Below are positions 9,507-19,259 of a stretch of DNA of 64,000 nt, in pieces; the first letter of the stretch is position 1, and every line of letters starts with the position of its first letter. The position numbers and the translations under genes were made by a program. Origin of the DNA: a virus; IMG/VR virus record IMGVR_UViG_3300035099_000181, positions 37,071-101,070 of that record, one strand, 5' to 3'. Below the pieces are notes generated by a model, which worked only from the letters and a program-made list of their open reading frames with translations, had not been told where the DNA came from and searched no databases.

Positions 9507-9558
9507 CATTTCATCGCCTGCCCTAGCAATAGGGCAGGCATAAGGGAGAGAATATCGC

Positions 9559-9876
9559 ATGAACATAGTAAATTGGGAAAGACATTTTGAGGCCAGTTTC
9601 CGGGTTTGGAACGAGAAGAATTGGCTATCTCTGGATCAGGTCCAGATCGCCTACAGGGGAGTGTCACCAGAGATGGCCTGCATCAGGAAGGACAGCTATG
9701 AGAAGTTATCCTTTGACGCAAAAGAGGCCGCCCAATTTGTCCTGTCACAGGATATCCTAACCCCACGCCGGGGGAAGCCGTCGCGGTGTGGCTACAGACA
9801 GGCATTGGCTCGTAGACTAAACGGGTCATGGCCAAGAGTCGCGGAAGAGCTGAAAACCTGGTGCCGGGGACTATGA
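9559..9876 (+). CDS. Hypothetical protein
   Basis: GGGAG RBS; stop overlaps the primase ATG (ATGA). Confidence 0.6.
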   Translation: MNIVNWERHFEASFRVWNEKNWLSLDQVQIAYRGVSPEMACIRKDSYEKLSFDAKEAAQFVLSQDILTPRRGKPSRCGYRQALARRLNGSWPRVAEELKTWCRGL

Positions 9877-10778
9877 ACATTCTTGGCATCTTGAACGACT
9901 ACCGCGTGCCATTCGATTTGCGCAAGGACTGGGCCAACATGCCTTGTCCATCCTGCCAGGATCACGCGGCACACCTTGGAATAAACGTTGTGACGGGGCA
10001 GGCAAACTGCTGGCGATGTGGAGGCAAGTCCCTGATCCCAACTCTCGCCAAGATCTTGCGGGTTGACCGGGCCAGAATCATCAAGATCCTCGGACCCTAT
10101 AGGGAGGGTAGGGCCCGGAAGAGATCGTTGGTTTTAGAGACGAAAAAGGGGGTCTACAGGGCCTTCCTGCCCCAAGGCTGCCGACCTCTGAGGGAAGTTC
10201 CAGGAGCTGTCCGGTATCTCGAGGGTAGGGGGTTTAAGATCAGCGAGCTAGAGTCCACCTGGGGCGTATTGGCCACAGGCCCAGGATCCATCACCAGAAA
10301 AGGAGACAAAGTCCTAGACCTGAGCTATCGCATCGTTGCTCCAGTCACGCTCGGCGGCAAGATCATCTCGTACCAATGCCGGGACTGGACAGGGAAGGCT
10401 CGGCAGAAGTACCTGAACTGTCTGCCCGAATTGGAATCCATTCCACTAAAAAGCACACTATATGGCCTTGATCAGGCAGAGGGAATGGACTCAGCAACGC
10501 TCGTGGAGGGCGTGACAGATGCCTGGGCAATAGGCCCAGGCGCGGTGGCCTGCTTCGGAATAAAGCATAGGCCGGAGCAAATCCGGGAGCTGGCGTGGAG
10601 ATTCCAGCGGATTGACGTGATGTTCGATGCGGAGGCAGGACCAGCCAAGATCCAGGCGAGGAAGATAGAGGCGGAACTGAGGCAGCTCGGAGCCGAAGTG
10701 AACATTGTCCGGCTCCCGAAAGGCAAAGACCCTGCCGATATAGGCAGGGAAAGATTAAGGAAGGAGAAAGATTTATGA
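9873..10778 (+). CDS. DnaG-type (Zn-finger + Toprim) DNA primase
   Basis: CPSC...H...CWRCG Zn-binding domain; VEGVTD, MFDAE and KDPAD Toprim motifs. Confidence 0.85.
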   Translation: MNILGILNDYRVPFDLRKDWANMPCPSCQDHAAHLGINVVTGQANCWRCGGKSLIPTLAKILRVDRARIIKILGPYREGRARKRSLVLETKKGVYRAFLPQGCRPLREVPGAVRYLEGRGFKISELESTWGVLATGPGSITRKGDKVLDLSYRIVAPVTLGGKIISYQCRDWTGKARQKYLNCLPELESIPLKSTLYGLDQAEGMDSATLVEGVTDAWAIGPGAVACFGIKHRPEQIRELAWRFQRIDVMFDAEAGPAKIQARKIEAELRQLGAEVNIVRLPKGKDPADIGRERLRKEKDL

Positions 10779-11329
10779 ATTCTCAAGAAGCAGCGAAGAA
10801 GATGTTGGAAGTCGCAGGACTTCTAGGCATGATGGATACGAAGCGCTACGGGGACCCTGAGAAATGGTTCCGTGCGCTCCTAACAGGCCCTGAATACTCC
10901 ATTTTCGTGCAGGAAAGTGACGGCAAGTTCATATTCAGCTCAGAATATCCCAAGGATTTAAAAGGAATAGGCCAATCTTGGGGCGATGACCGGATTCAGA
11001 TTTCGGTCAGCACCGAACGACCTGCCGAGGCGATAGCCAAAGAGGTGCGGAGACGGTTCTTGCCCAAGTTCCTTGAGCGCCTCGCCGTCGTGAAAGAACG
11101 AGTGCGCAAGAGCGACGAGGGACATCAACTACAGGAGGAGACATATGAACGCCTCCTTGACATAGCAGGACTCTACTCGCAGAGAAACGACCACTTCGAG
11201 ATCTATTTCAAGGATCTTTCCCTGTCCGTGGAGCAGGGAGGGATGGTATATATTAACCGTGGGACTACATCTTCTGCCGTCGCCGAGAAGCTGGTCAAGT
11301 TGCTTGCTGAGGACGAGGAAAGCAGATGA
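10775..11329 (+). CDS. Hypothetical protein
   Basis: 184-aa ORF coupled to the primase (ATGA). Confidence 0.65.
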   Translation: MNSQEAAKKMLEVAGLLGMMDTKRYGDPEKWFRALLTGPEYSIFVQESDGKFIFSSEYPKDLKGIGQSWGDDRIQISVSTERPAEAIAKEVRRRFLPKFLERLAVVKERVRKSDEGHQLQEETYERLLDIAGLYSQRNDHFEIYFKDLSLSVEQGGMVYINRGTTSSAVAEKLVKLLAEDEESR

Positions 11330-11449
11330 TCAAGGCCACAGGCACGGTAGACAGTTACCAGGTAGATGGCCTTCCTACCGGGCAAAGCAAAGCTGAAGAC
11401 ATAGGCAGAGCGAAGGTTCTGCCCGATTCTTGTCCTACAAAAATAATCC

Positions 11450-11476
11450 TTGACTTTTCCGATTTTCTGTTATAAT
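11450..11476 (+). promoter_or_regulatory. Sigma70-like promoter upstream of the replication initiator
   Basis: TTGACT (11450), 15-nt spacer, TATAAT (11471) with extended TGn; the spacer is shorter than canonical. Confidence 0.5.
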
Positions 11477-11732
11477 AAGATAGACAGTCGGAAGGGACTG
11501 GGGGAAAGGCCAATCCCCGTAGGGTTCCGGATGACATTCCTTCTTGATGTAGAAGCGGGCGTCAGCAAGCGGAGTCGTGCCCGCAAGCGTGCTCGGTGCC
11601 TCTATCACCTGGCGACGCCCGCTTCTACATTTCCAAAACGCCAATAGAGGAGGTGCACTTTGCACGATACCAAGTTTCCCAAACTCGCAAGATGCAGCAT
11701 CTTCAATAACTGTTCCCGAAAGGAGAAGAGCC

Positions 11733-13055
11733 ATGAAGCAAGAGAGATCTAACCAAGACCAGCCCCAAAGAAGACTTCCCAAGAATCTACCCGATATTGT
11801 CAACTGCTCAATGGGCAAGCATTTCACCCAGGTCCCAAATGACCTCATCAGAGACGAGAGTATATCCATAAAAGCAAGAGGAATTCTGGTGCTCATACTA
11901 AGCAACAGAGAAGGATGGACTACATACCAGAGCCAGATGCAGAAAATCTGTCGTCTCGGACCCCTTGCTTTAAGATCCGGAATGAAGGAACTTGAGAAGG
12001 CGGGATACCTTGCCCGAATGGTCTACCGAGACAAACAAACAAAAGAAATACTTGGGTCCTTCTTAGCATGCGCAGATACGCCTTTCCAATTCCAGATCGG
12101 GGAGTGCCAAGAAGACTTGATGAGCCAAGGATTTGTTATTGGATTGCACCCGAAGAGCCAAGCCAGGCTTGGTTGTGACCTAAAGATTGGTTACCAATCT
12201 TTAGGTAACCAATCTATTGGTGATCAGCCCCTAAGAATACTAACTAATAAGAATATTAATATAGAAAGAAGACTCTCTCTTAAAGAGAGAGACTCTTTCG
12301 AGTCTCATGGAAAATCTCTTCCAGAACAACCTTCTCAATCTTTTCCAAATTTGGAAGAGCCTTCCGGGATTGATTCATCCCCTCCGCTTCGAGAGGCGAA
12401 GCCTCTCTCGCTCCGTGATCAAGAAATCCCTCCTCAGAATGAGGACTCTTTCCCTCTCCGAGACTCTTCCACTTCTGGCACTCAACCCGAGGCTTCTAAG
12501 GAGGTTCCTCAGGAAGAGTCGCCAAAGGCGAAAGATCCTGTCAAGGTAGCTGGCAAGCATCTCATGGCGAACGGGGGTCAGGGATTTTACGCCTTGCTCA
12601 AGATGATCCTGGACAGGCCTATCAAGCAAGAGTTCTGGAAGCATGCCGTCCCGCTCGGAAAAATGGTGATCAACGATAAAATATCTGAGGATAGAATATT
12701 TGGCGTTATTGCCTGGCTGTTCGAGCATCATGGCCAAGAGTTCGTACCGACCGTGTTTAGCGGGTCGGATCTTCGGAATAAGTTCGCTCGGATAGAGCAT
12801 CAGATGAAATCTCAGGTCAAAAGGAACCTTCCCCACTCTAAGGATGCCAAGGTAACGTATGAGGAGAAAATGAGTTATGTCAAGGATGAAGTCTTGTATG
12901 AGAACGGAAGAACATATGGGCCCGAAGATTATCCAGACGGAAAAATCGCCAGAGATGGATTCGGAAGGGCTATCAGACCTGATTTACTTTGCGGGGAAAG
13001 CCTTCGTCCGACAGGCCGGGGAGTCAATAATGGCCAGGTCCGGAATACCAGTTAG
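11733..13055 (+). CDS. Phage replication initiator (replisome organiser, lambda O-like architecture)
   Basis: FTQVPNDLIRDESISIKARGILVLILS...ELEKAGY wHTH N-terminus; internal iterons with AT-rich tract; followed by a DnaC-like gene. Confidence 0.75.
   Translation: MKQERSNQDQPQRRLPKNLPDIVNCSMGKHFTQVPNDLIRDESISIKARGILVLILSNREGWTTYQSQMQKICRLGPLALRSGMKELEKAGYLARMVYRDKQTKEILGSFLACADTPFQFQIGECQEDLMSQGFVIGLHPKSQARLGCDLKIGYQSLGNQSIGDQPLRILTNKNINIERRLSLKERDSFESHGKSLPEQPSQSFPNLEEPSGIDSSPPLREAKPLSLRDQEIPPQNEDSFPLRDSSTSGTQPEASKEVPQEESPKAKDPVKVAGKHLMANGGQGFYALLKMILDRPIKQEFWKHAVPLGKMVINDKISEDRIFGVIAWLFEHHGQEFVPTVFSGSDLRNKFARIEHQMKSQVKRNLPHSKDAKVTYEEKMSYVKDEVLYENGRTYGPEDYPDGKIARDGFGRAIRPDLLCGESLRPTGRGVNNGQVRNTS
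12166..12262. other. Putative replication origin within the initiator gene
   Basis: 13-bp perfect inverted repeat ACCTAAAGATTGG-TTA-CCAATCTTTAGGT, 15-bp periodic GGT(T/A)ACCAATCT repeats, then AT-rich CTAAGAATACTAACTAATAAGAATATTAAT. Confidence 0.6.
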
Positions 13056-13548
13056 ATACAGGGATGCGACATTATCTGACTTTCCAGGTTTTAGTTATGT
13101 TCCTGGTCAATCGTATTACTTGTGTGGGGCTCCTGGAGCAGGCAAGACACATTTGATGTGTGCTCTAGTTCGGGAATTGGCACCCTGGAAGAGATGTTTA
13201 CGCATTCCGATGATAGAGATGCTAAACAACGTCAGAGATTCATATGATCAGAAGTCTCCTGAGCGGGATGATTACGACGATGATGATCCTTCTGGAAATA
13301 TTGTTAACAGAATGTGCAATATGCACATTCTTGCTTTAGATGATATCGGACGGGAGAAGTCTACTGAATGGACTCAGGAGATGTTTTATCTGATTGTAAA
13401 TCGACGTTATGAGGATATGGCCATTACACATTTCGCTAGTAACTTCTCTCTTGGTGAGCTGGCGGATGTGGTTGATGCCAGGATTGCGCGAAGGATTGGA
13501 GAGATGTGCCGTGTGGTCAATCTGAACAAGAGAGTTTCTGATGGCTGA
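12877..13548 (+). CDS. DnaC/IstB-like AAA+ helicase loader (true start may be downstream, e.g. 12955 or 13030)
   Basis: SGIPVRY, GAPGAGKT, LALDDIG, IVNRRYE, ASN, RIARRIGEMC. Confidence 0.88.
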   Translation: MSRMKSCMRTEEHMGPKIIQTEKSPEMDSEGLSDLIYFAGKAFVRQAGESIMARSGIPVRYRDATLSDFPGFSYVPGQSYYLCGAPGAGKTHLMCALVRELAPWKRCLRIPMIEMLNNVRDSYDQKSPERDDYDDDDPSGNIVNRMCNMHILALDDIGREKSTEWTQEMFYLIVNRRYEDMAITHFASNFSLGELADVVDARIARRIGEMCRVVNLNKRVSDG

Positions 13549-15070
13549 TCCCGATATTGTTAGAACATTGATGGCGGCCACGGTCATGGATACTAAGTTT
13601 TTGAAAGGATTGCGTAAGGTCTGGCGCGATGACCTATCCGGAGACACATGGGGATGGTTGGGAAACGAGTGCTTTAGGCATCTCAAGGAGCATGGGAAGG
13701 CCCCAGGCAGGGACATACAGCTTGCATGGGCCACTATTCCAGACCCGGTCCTCAAGCGGGACATGGAACGGTTCCTGGCAAAGCTGTCCAATGAATGGGA
13801 TGATTGGGAAGCCAACAATGCATACAGTGTGGAAGCCTTGCTGAAGGAGGCCGAGAAGTACTTCGCCCAGCAGCTTTATCTGATCAAGGCTGCCGAGCTG
13901 GAGGCTGCTGCTGAGGCAGGGGACATTGAGGCTGCCGACGAGATAGTTAGTGAGATGAAGCCGCCGAAGTTGTCTATGGCTGTGTCCATTGTGCTGTCCG
14001 AGAATCCCAACATCATAAGGGAAGCTTTTGAGCATAAGGTACAATCTCTCGTTGGCCTTGGTGGGGCGTTTCAAGAGCTTGTCGGGGAGCAAGTTGTTAA
14101 GGACTCATTCGTGGCTTTTCTTGGCAAAGAGAAGGTGGGTAAGTCTTGGATTTTGCAAGCCCTCGCCTTCAGCGCCGCGAAGGCCAGGCAGAATGTCATG
14201 TACTGCCAATGTGGAGATCTGAGCCAGCGGCAGCAAGTATCCCGTTTTTCCATACAGCTTTCTGGGAGGTCTAACAGGTCTAAATATAACAGGACACAGC
14301 TTTTGCCTGTCCCTGACTGCTTCCTCAACCAGACAAACGAATGCAATAGGGAAGAGCGTTTGTGTTCTGTATCCGTTGTAGATGACTTGACTTTCAAGCC
14401 GTATCCAAAGTTGGCCGCGTTTGATTCCAAAAAAGGCTATATCCCGTGCTTCAGGGACTGACCGGATTATAGGTTCTCTTCCTGGTTCGAGGAGGAAAAG
14501 CAGTGCCTGGATTTGGGATGGGAAGAGGCTCAGGAAATTTGGAGAAGGTTTGATTTGGCGATAGGCAACAGGCTTCGTTTGTTCTGGGGAGCGACGAGGA
14601 CGGTGACGGCGCGGGACGTGGATGCCGAACTGGATAGGCTGAAGGACAGCATGGGGTGGATGCCGGGCATTATCGTCATTGACTATGCGGACATACTCGC
14701 TCCTGAGTCTGGATCTGGCAGAGACTTCAGGCACCAGGAAAACGCGCGATGGGAGGCACTCAGGAGGCTGTCGCAGGATTGGGAATGCTGCGTCGTGACG
14801 GCCACACAGTCAACGCGGGAGACTTACCGAAAGCGCCTGATATCGGAAGGTGATGCGAGCGAAGACAAGCGGAAGGCTGCTCATGTCACGGCGATGTTCG
14901 GCCTGAACAAGGATGCTCATGACAGGAGGAGAGGGTGGATGCGGATCAATCCAGTATTCGTTAGGGATGATGACTACGATCCTTTTGATCAGGTTGCGGT
15001 CCTTCAGTTACTGCAGCGCGGAATGCCGAATTTGGGGAGCTGGTGGTGGATGAAAAAATCAGAGGAATGA
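13541..15070 (+). CDS. DnaB-like replicative helicase with one in-frame TGA (14459-14461); candidate selenocysteine/readthrough, 509 aa if read through
   Basis: ORFs 13541-14461 (Walker A GKEKVGKS) and 14513-15070 (Walker B IVIDYAD, VVTATQ) share a frame and are separated only by TGA in ...GYIPCFRD*PDYRFSSWF... Confidence 0.8.
14474..14499 (+). promoter_or_regulatory. Candidate bacterial SECIS hairpin downstream of the in-frame UGA
   Basis: UCUUCCU/AGGAGGA stem (7 bp incl. one GU, extendable) with apical loop GGUUCG starting 22 nt after the UGA. Confidence 0.5.
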
Positions 15071-15093
15071 AAAATAGGAATCGAGGTTATAAT
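15071..15093 (+). promoter_or_regulatory. Putative phage promoter AAAATAGGAA-N7-TATAAT
   Basis: Same arrangement at 21244-21266; intergenic, precedes an operon. Confidence 0.5.
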
Positions 15094-15136
15094 AGTGGTA
15101 GATGAGATTGGGCAACTTAACAAGGAGGATGGAGAG

Positions 15137-15328
15137 ATGAAAGAGACAAAGAGACTTGAGGACATGACCTTGGGGCGGATCACAGCAGAATATAACAAGG
15201 TCGCAGGAGAGCTGAACCTTGAGGCAAAACGATTCAAGGACAAGGCGAGCGCATTGAAGAGGTTGTCAGGCCTGCTGCTTTCTGACGAGTACTTGGAGCT
15301 TCATCCAGAGGGGAATCCGGATGTGTAG
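15137..15328 (+). CDS. Hypothetical protein
   Basis: GGAG RBS; MKETKRLEDMTL... Confidence 0.5.
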   Translation: MKETKRLEDMTLGRITAEYNKVAGELNLEAKRFKDKASALKRLSGLLLSDEYLELHPEGNPDV

Positions 15329-15500
15329 GCAGAAGGGCTTCGAGGGGATGTATACCAAGATTGAATTTAATTAACAGTTATAGCGATAAGGTTTGGTTTG
15401 ACTCTAATTTCATTTGAAGAAGTTAAGATGGCTCCATGCGTAAGGACTCTTTGTGTAGATTTTGATGGAGTCTTGGTCAAGTACGAAAAGCGGAGTATAG

Positions 15501-18500
15501 ATGAACTTTTGTCATCTTCATGTTCATGATCAGTATTCACAGCTTGATGGATACGGTTCAGCAGAGCAGTATGCTGATGAAGCATCTCGTTTAGAATTCA
15601 CCCATCTTGCTCTGACTAATCATGGAAATGTCGATGGGCTGATTAAATTTCAGAAAGCTTGCTTAGGTAAGGATATAGTGCCTATTTTGGGAAGCGAGTT
15701 ATATGTGGTGCCTGATATTTCTATTAAGGAGCCAAAGGAAAAACGCTATCATATTACTGTTCTGGTGAAGAACAATGAAGGCTTTTCTAATCTTCTGCGA
15801 ATGCTCACTAAGGCCAACTTGGAAGGTTTTTATAAGCGCCCTCGTGTTAGTCCGGACATGCTTTTGAAATATTGTGGTGGCCTGATTTTTATGACCGCTT
15901 GCACATCTTCTATAGTCTATATGTCAAAGGGTAGGGAGCTGGTTAATGAGCTTGGAGATGCTACTGGGGGAAATATCTATCTTGAAATAATGCCTCACGA
16001 TTATTCTGATCAAAAGAAGTTGAATAGATTGCTGCTGGTTATGTCCAAGAAGGATGGATTGCCTTTAGTGGCCACTAACGATTGTCATTATCCTTTGTCT
16101 AAGCATACAAAAGTTCAGGAAGTTCTTCTGGCTATTCAGCGTAAGGCGAAATGGATGGATAAAGATAGATGGCGATTCGAGATAGATGGTCTTTATCTTA
16201 GGACCGAGAAGGAAATGGAAGAGGCATTTCTGAGGCAGGGTATAATTCCACAGAGATTGTTTGCGGAGGCTTTGGTTAGAACTTCAGAAATAGCAAGTAA
16301 ATGTGGTGGATATAAAATAGAAAAACGCTCTGTCATTCTGCCTAAAGTCTCGGGATACGAGGATAGGGATGAGACAGAACTGATGTGGGAAATAGTTAAT
16401 AGAGGCCTTAAGGAGCGCCTCCTTGTTCCGGGAACAATAAGCAGGGATCAGTTGCCTGCTTATCGTTCTCGGATTAAGGAAGAGATGGATCTTATCTGCG
16501 AACTTGGCTTTCAAGGATATTTTCTAATAGTTTGGGAGCTGATAGATTGGTGCAAAAAGAATGATATTATGACTGGACCTGGCCGAGGGTCTTCCGGAGG
16601 CTCTCTTGTGGCATATCTTATGCGAATAACTGACGTAGATCCTATAAAGTATGGTCTTGTGTTCGCAAGATTTATCTCTCCTGCCAGGATAGATTTGCCA
16701 GATATAGATATGGACTTTGAGGACATAAAGCGAGATAGGATAAGGAAACACCTTGAAGATAATTATGGTAAGTTCAATGTGTCTGGACTTTCTACCTTTG
16801 CGAAAATGAAGGGTCGCGGAGCTATACGGGATGTAGCAAGAGTTTTTGATGTTCCTATTTTGGATACAGACAAATGCGCTAAGGCAATAGTTGTAAGATC
16901 TGGCGGAGATTTTAGATCCTCCTATACGATAGAAGATGCCTGCAAGACCTTCGGCGATGCAATAGATTTCAATAAAAAATATCCAGAAGTTGTAAGTATA
17001 GCACAGGATTTGGAGGGGACACTAAGGGCTAGTGGGCAGCACGCAGCAGCTATTTGCATCTCTTCCGAGGATCTGAGAGAGGGCCTTTGGTGTCATCTTT
17101 GCAATAGGAAAGGAGTGGTTGTCGCTAATTGGGAAAAGTCAGATGCCGAATATATAGGGCTGATGAAATTGGATATTCTGGGTCTTACGGCTTTGACTAT
17201 ACTTAATTACACTAAGAAACTTCTTAAGGAGAGGCGGGGGGTCTCTATAGTGTTTGATGATATACCTCTGGATGACGAGAAGGTTCTTAGCGAGATAGCT
17301 GCTGGCAATAATGTTGGTGCTTTTCAGATCGGTTCTTCGGGTCTGATGAAACTGTGTAGGGAAATGAAGGTGAAGGAATTTAACGACATAGTCCTTGCAT
17401 CAGCCTTATTCAGACCTGGGACATTGCGCTCGGGAATGGTAGAGGAATTTATACAGAGAAGGACAGGGGCAGCCCCTGTGAAGTATATTCATCCATTGCT
17501 TGAGCCTTTAACTAAAGAGACACTGGGAATTATTCTGTATCAAGAACAGGTCATGTGGCTTATGTACGAGCTTGGTGGGTTGGGGTGGAAGACATGTGAC
17601 ACTGTTCGGAAGGTTATCAGTAAGTCACAAGGTGATGAATTGTTTGGAAGGTTCAAGCAGCTATTTATAGATGGCTGCCAAGAACGGAAGACTCTTTCAG
17701 AGAAAGAGGCAGATAAGGTTTGGGATCAGTTGAGCAGCTTTGGAAGTTATTCATTCAACAAGAGTCATGCTGTAGAATATTCTCTTATAACCTTTTGGAT
17801 GATGTGGCTTAAGGCGCATTATCCAAAAGAGTACTTATGTGCAAGTCTGACATTTACAGGAGCAAATGATAAGGCTAGCTATATAGATGAAGCCAGAAGG
17901 CTGGGGCTATCAATAGAACTTCCGCGTGTTGGTATTTCCAAAGCAACTGAGTGGATTTCCTCTATTGCTGATGATGGGAAAATATTTGCCCCATTTTCAG
18001 AGATTAAAGGCATAGGAGAGGCTTCCGCTAGGCAACTGGAAAAAGCCAAATTGGGTTTTAAGAAGGGCTTTTTTAGAAGTAGAGAATTTCAGTTTGGTGA
18101 AGGCCGTAGGCCAAACAGCATGATTATGTCTGTTCTGGAAGAGATTGGTGCCTTGGGTAACAAGGAGCTTACTGATTCAGAACTGGAGAAAGCAAACAAA
18201 TATTTTGATTTTGATCTATCAAAAGATAAGATGGGTAAATACTCCAAATTATTTCAGAGGCTGAAAGAAAGCATGATTCTTAGCTGTGTGAAAGACATAG
18301 ACTATCAAAAGCCAAGCACAGATGAGCATTATTATTTTGGGCAAATGACCGAGGTGAAATTTGGATATAGGCAGGCAGTCTTAAAGGCACAAAAGAGCGG
18401 AATGGGCGATATTTCTGGCACAGATAATCTTGGCGGGGTGTATGGCAATTTCAAGGACGAAACAGATTTTACTATGCTGATTTTTGGAGGAGAGCTTTAT

Positions 18501-19259
18501 CAAAGAAAAAAGGCAGATGTAGAGCATTGTGCTGGTGATTGGATTTTAGCTAAAGCTAATCATCCTAAACGGAAGACTGCAATATTGGCTAACGATGCTT
18601 GGATAGGAAAAGAACTTTTATCCTGTGATTTGGAAGGTTGTAACATTGAACTTATTTCTAATAGTCATCCTTGTGTCTTACCAAATATAGATAAATGTTC
18701 ATTGTGCTCTTTAAGATCAGAATGCAAAAGACCTGTTCCAGCCTCTCCCGGTAAATATAATGTCATGCTGATAGGCGAAGCGCCAGGAAAAGAGGAGGAT
18801 CTTAAAGGGATAGGATTTATAGGCAAGGCAGGGAGCGAAGTGCTGTGGCCTGAGCTGGCTAAGTACCGTCTTGATAGAGAGATGTTTCATATCACCAATA
18901 TTGTAAAGTGCTGGCCAAGTAATACAAAAACTCCTTCTAAAAAGCACATATTTGAGTGCTCTTCTATTATCAAGGAAGAGATATCCTCCGTTAGGCCAGT
19001 TCTCGCCTTGGCCTTCGGGAATACTAATGTTAAGTTCTTCAAAGGTTTGGATAGTGGGATTATTGGCCTTAACGCCACGACGGAATGGTCTAATGAATAT
19101 GGAATGTGGATATGCTGGTGCATTCATCCGGCTGCCGTTCTTTATCAGCAGCCTAACTTAGATCTGTTTTCTGCTGGAATAGAGAATTTTGTTAAGAAGC
19201 TGAGTTATATTGCTGGAGATAAGTTGTCCTTTCCTTTTACAAGAAAGAGAGAAGAATGA
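15501..19259 (+). CDS. dnaE: DNA polymerase III alpha subunit fused to a C-terminal family-4 uracil-DNA glycosylase domain
   Basis: PHP HLHVHDQYS, GPGRGSSGGSLVAY, PDIDMD, KLDILGL, YSFNKSHAVEY; C-terminal CSLC...GEAPG...TNIVKC...C...HPA (UDG4). Confidence 0.93.
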   Translation: MNFCHLHVHDQYSQLDGYGSAEQYADEASRLEFTHLALTNHGNVDGLIKFQKACLGKDIVPILGSELYVVPDISIKEPKEKRYHITVLVKNNEGFSNLLRMLTKANLEGFYKRPRVSPDMLLKYCGGLIFMTACTSSIVYMSKGRELVNELGDATGGNIYLEIMPHDYSDQKKLNRLLLVMSKKDGLPLVATNDCHYPLSKHTKVQEVLLAIQRKAKWMDKDRWRFEIDGLYLRTEKEMEEAFLRQGIIPQRLFAEALVRTSEIASKCGGYKIEKRSVILPKVSGYEDRDETELMWEIVNRGLKERLLVPGTISRDQLPAYRSRIKEEMDLICELGFQGYFLIVWELIDWCKKNDIMTGPGRGSSGGSLVAYLMRITDVDPIKYGLVFARFISPARIDLPDIDMDFEDIKRDRIRKHLEDNYGKFNVSGLSTFAKMKGRGAIRDVARVFDVPILDTDKCAKAIVVRSGGDFRSSYTIEDACKTFGDAIDFNKKYPEVVSIAQDLEGTLRASGQHAAAICISSEDLREGLWCHLCNRKGVVVANWEKSDAEYIGLMKLDILGLTALTILNYTKKLLKERRGVSIVFDDIPLDDEKVLSEIAAGNNVGAFQIGSSGLMKLCREMKVKEFNDIVLASALFRPGTLRSGMVEEFIQRRTGAAPVKYIHPLLEPLTKETLGIILYQEQVMWLMYELGGLGWKTCDTVRKVISKSQGDELFGRFKQLFIDGCQERKTLSEKEADKVWDQLSSFGSYSFNKSHAVEYSLITFWMMWLKAHYPKEYLCASLTFTGANDKASYIDEARRLGLSIELPRVGISKATEWISSIADDGKIFAPFSEIKGIGEASARQLEKAKLGFKKGFFRSREFQFGEGRRPNSMIMSVLEEIGALGNKELTDSELEKANKYFDFDLSKDKMGKYSKLFQRLKESMILSCVKDIDYQKPSTDEHYYFGQMTEVKFGYRQAVLKAQKSGMGDISGTDNLGGVYGNFKDETDFTMLIFGGELYQRKKADVEHCAGDWILAKANHPKRKTAILANDAWIGKELLSCDLEGCNIELISNSHPCVLPNIDKCSLCSLRSECKRPVPASPGKYNVMLIGEAPGKEEDLKGIGFIGKAGSEVLWPELAKYRLDREMFHITNIVKCWPSNTKTPSKKHIFECSSIIKEEISSVRPVLALAFGNTNVKFFKGLDSGIIGLNATTEWSNEYGMWICWCIHPAAVLYQQPNLDLFSAGIENFVKKLSYIAGDKLSFPFTRKREE

